Shown piece by piece: positions 61,351 to 64,000 of a DNA stretch of 64,000 bases. The stretch is from Promethearchaeia archaeon. Lineage in GTDB: Archaea; Asgardarchaeota; Lokiarchaeia; Sigyniarchaeales; SOKP01. Numbering within the stretch: the stretch's first letter is position 1; each line of letters opens with the position of its first letter. The translations under genes were made by a program, and so were the position numbers. Under the pieces are notes generated by a model that saw only the letters and a program-made list of their open reading frames with translations, had not been told where the DNA came from and searched no databases. Where the stretch lies: assembly GCA_029856155.1 (NCBI GenBank), contig JAHQWL010000001.1, positions 1 through 64,000 of the forward strand. The letters run 5' to 3'.

Positions 61351-62205
61351 TTAATCAAAACGAAGCGAAAAATCCACTTGTTCAGAAGGAAATTGAGTTA
61401 TCAAACCAGAACTTATCACATCAGGTTCCGAGAGTAAATAATCCATAAAATTTTCTTGAGTTATTCCACCAGAAACTTCCACTATAACATTATCTCTAAG
61501 CCTATGTTTCTTTAATAAATTAATGGCATCTTGCACCTGATCTGGGCTCATATTATCTAACATTATAATATCTGCTCCATTTTTTGCAGCTATTAACACA
61601 TCATCCAATTTCTCGATTTCTATCTCAATTTTTTTCGAAAAACTATTCCTCCTCTTAGCTTCTTTTAACAGTTTTTCAATATCTCCGTTGTAGTATCTTA
61701 AATGAGTATCTTTTAATAATACCATGTCATCAAGAGAGAATCTATGTACATCTGCTTGTCCTAGTTCTGCTGCTTTCTTTTCAAAAATACGAATTCCGGG
61801 AGTTGTTTTTCTAGTACAAGCGATTTTAACTTTCTTGCCAGAATTTTTAATTAATTTAACATATCTTCTCGCAGTAGTTGTGATTGCACTCATGTGAGTA
61901 ATTAAATTTAATCCTACTCTTTCTCCTAGCAGTATATCTCTTGTATTTCCCTTCAATTCTACAATAATATCTCCTTTACTAACTTCCGCTCCATCTTCGA
62001 TTTTAAAAGTCGTGGAAATGTTAAGAAAACTATAAAGTAGTTTTAATTCTTCTAATCCTGAAACATAACCAGCACTTTTTGTTAAAATCTTTGCTGAAGA
62101 GTTTGCATTCTCTGGAATAACTTTAGAACTCACATCAATAAACATGCAATCTTCCTGCAAAAACTCTCTAATTTTCTGCTCAATCACAATCTTGTTATAG
62201 CTCAT
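61351..62205 (-). CDS. nadC: nicotinate-nucleotide pyrophosphorylase (quinolinate phosphoribosyltransferase)
   Basis: GER..LN, CTRKTTPG, HR..L.D.VLLKD.H, IIMLDN, EVSGGI. Confidence 0.95.
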   Translation of the reverse strand: MSYNKIVIEQKIREFLQEDCMFIDVSSKVIPENANSSAKILTKSAGYVSGLEELKLLYSFLNISTTFKIEDGAEVSKGDIIVELKGNTRDILLGERVGLNLITHMSAITTTARRYVKLIKNSGKKVKIACTRKTTPGIRIFEKKAAELGQADVHRFSLDDMVLLKDTHLRYYNGDIEKLLKEAKRRNSFSKKIEIEIEKLDDVLIAAKNGADIIMLDNMSPDQVQDAINLLKKHRLRDNVIVEVSGGITQENFMDYLLSEPDVISSGLITQFPSEQVDFSLRFD

Positions 62206-62260
62206 ATTTCGCACTTTCTTGTATAGTATTATTATTATAATTTAAAAATTAATTAAAATT

Positions 62261-62899
62261 ATGGTAGAAAAAGAAAAATTATTCATTAATAATAATGGAC
62301 TAATACTTGAAGCTGAATATTTTGAATCAAAATATAACCAAAAGAATCCAGTAGTTCTAATTTGTCACCCTCATCCCCAATATGGTGGCAATATGTATAA
62401 TAATGTCGTATCTGGAGTGTTTGATAAATTAACTAAAAACACTATTCCTTGTTTACGATTTAACTTTAGAGGTGTTGGAAGATCAACTGGAAATCATTCC
62501 CATGGAACCGGTGAATTGAGTGATGTTAAAGCTTGTATTGATTTTTTAGTAAAGGATAAAAATTCTGAGAGAATAATTATATGCGGTTATTCTTATGGCG
62601 CAGCAATAGGGTGTTCAGTAATCAATTACTCAGGAAAGATTATTAGTTATATAGCTATATCATTCCCTTTTGATTTTATGGGATTAAAATATAGAGAACT
62701 CTCTCAGTCTAACAAACCAAAATTATTTATTCAAGGTAATCAAGATACAGTTGCCTTTTATGAAAAATTTGAGGAGAATTATAGCTTTTATCATGATCCT
62801 AAGAGAAAAAAAATTATTAATGGAGCAGATCATTTTTATTGGAATTATGAAGAACAAGTAGCTGATGAGGTATTAAAATTTTATAATGATTTCATTTAA
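62261..62899 (+). CDS. alpha/beta hydrolase
   Basis: CHPHPQYGGNM, RFNFRGVG, GYSYG, G..D, ADHF. Confidence 0.92.
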   Translation: MVEKEKLFINNNGLILEAEYFESKYNQKNPVVLICHPHPQYGGNMYNNVVSGVFDKLTKNTIPCLRFNFRGVGRSTGNHSHGTGELSDVKACIDFLVKDKNSERIIICGYSYGAAIGCSVINYSGKIISYIAISFPFDFMGLKYRELSQSNKPKLFIQGNQDTVAFYEKFEENYSFYHDPKRKKIINGADHFYWNYEEQVADEVLKFYNDFI

Positions 62900-63102
62900 G
62901 AAATCGCTACTAGAACCTTACCAGACTTTTTTTCATTACTTAAATACCTTTCAGCATCCTTAATTTCTTTAAAGAAATGATCAGAAATAAAAGCTACTGT
63001 CTTACAGAATATTAGTTTCCAGTAAGTTTTAGAATTTACTACTTATATTTTAAAAATGATATCGAAGAAATTAATAAAAAAGAAAAAGTAAGGAAAAAAG
63101 AA

Positions 63103-63501
63103 TTATAAACTTGAAAGTTTTTCTAAATCTGCTTGCGAATTTTCAACTGCCCAATCAAGGAGTTGATCAAGATAACGCTCTACATCATCACTTTCGGGAG
63201 ATTTTGTTAAAACTGCTAGAAGAAACTGATTTTTATTATCAGGCATAATGATATTTCTCATAATAATATAATCATTTTTATATTTAATTCTCATACTTTG
63301 AATTTCAGATAGTTCTAGTTCCTCTGCCGCTTTATAGGCAGAATCACTCAATAGTGAACCCATAGCAGCTATTACGCGTTCATCGATCTTTTCTTCTTTT
63401 TGGGATGCTAAAACTAACCCTGTTGATGTTGCAAAAAGTGATGCTCGAAAATTACCATTTTCATTAAGTTCCTTAAGTACTAAATCAAGTCTACTTACCA
63501 A
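63103..63501 (-). CDS. roadblock/LC7 (MglB-like) domain protein
   Basis: ASLFATSTGLVLAS..DERVIAAMGS pattern. Confidence 0.8.
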   Translation of the reverse strand: MVSRLDLVLKELNENGNFRASLFATSTGLVLASQKEEKIDERVIAAMGSLLSDSAYKAAEELELSEIQSMRIKYKNDYIIMRNIIMPDNKNQFLLAVLTKSPESDDVERYLDQLLDWAVENSQADLEKLSSL

Positions 63502-63722
63502 ATCTACACACTCTCTATAAAGATTATTATGATGTTATCTTCAATAAAAATGAATTGTATTGTTTTAACTTATGAATAGTATTAATATGAGTTAATTAAT
63601 ATTTAAAATTATTCAATGTGGATTTTAAATCATTAGTAAATATTTTGCAGATACTTTAAAATGATTATCTAAGTATTTAATCCTAATAGAATCAATTTAA
63701 ACTTCAAAATATCTATCAGAGT

Positions 63723-63998
63723 TTACAGTTTAAGGTTGATAATAAAGGTTGATAAAATATCATTCTCATCAATATTTAATGTAATTACGCTTGGTCTTGC
63801 TATAGGTTTCATAAAACCAGGTCTTTCTATAGGTGCTTTTGGCATCGTTGGGGAACCTGGGTTTAAAAGAAGCACATTGAAGTTTGTTCCTTTAATTAGA
63901 GGTTGATGAGTATGCCCAAAAATTAGTATTTGTATATCCTGCTTTTTAACAAAATCTTCAACATTATCAGGTAAGATATGGATTACTCCAATATTGTA
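63723..63998 (-). CDS. YfcE/MJ0936/Vps29-like metallophosphoesterase, C-terminal part (truncated by window edge); not in ORF track
   Basis: Minus-strand translation ...IGVIH...LIFGHTHQP...LLNPGSPT...FIINLKL*. Confidence 0.85.
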   Translation of the reverse strand, partial: YNIGVIHILPDNVEDFVKKQDIQILIFGHTHQPLIKGTNFNVLLLNPGSPTMPKAPIERPGFMKPIARPSVITLNIDENDILSTFIINLKL

Positions 63999-64000
63999 AG

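Noticed and set aside
1-64000. CRISPR arrays, transposases, integrases, rRNA
   Set aside because: No regularly spaced repeats, mobile-element motifs or rRNA-like GC-rich stretches were seen, including next to the tRNA genes.

Overview
AT-rich archaeal chromosomal window. Its gene content (profilin, roadblock protein, exosome/proteasome superoperon, CDC48, aIF5A with GKHGHAK) points to an Asgard archaeon, most likely Lokiarchaeia; this taxonomy is an inference. Contents in order: 3' end of rpl2; a TFB paralog transcribed divergently from two tandem RHH-HisKA-REC regulators; four tRNAs (one with a BHB intron); the superoperon psmA-SBDS-rrp4-rrp41-rrp42-[2-gene insert]-rpl37ae-pcc1-pfdB-DHH; an ECF module; KEOPS/t6A genes; porGDAB; a PPi-type PFK; cdc48-fen1-nob1-NAD kinase-aIF5A; srp54; a sugar-phosphate metabolism cluster; dinB; nadC. 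The main finding is that the proteasome alpha-subunit gene is interrupted by a 29-nt insert (10074-10102). The insert carries a stop codon, shifts the frame and folds into a bulge-helix-bulge, and cutting at the canonical BHB positions restores ...FTQNAGVRPFG... This is a candidate protein-coding mRNA intron removed by the tRNA splicing machinery. Also notable: three genes appear to start at ATT behind Shine-Dalgarno motifs; the RHH-HisKA-REC regulators have no kinase catalytic domain and sit beside a repeat-rich promoter region; and a DapA-APH fusion has lost catalytic residues in both domains. All calls come from motif recognition by eye, with no database searches run.
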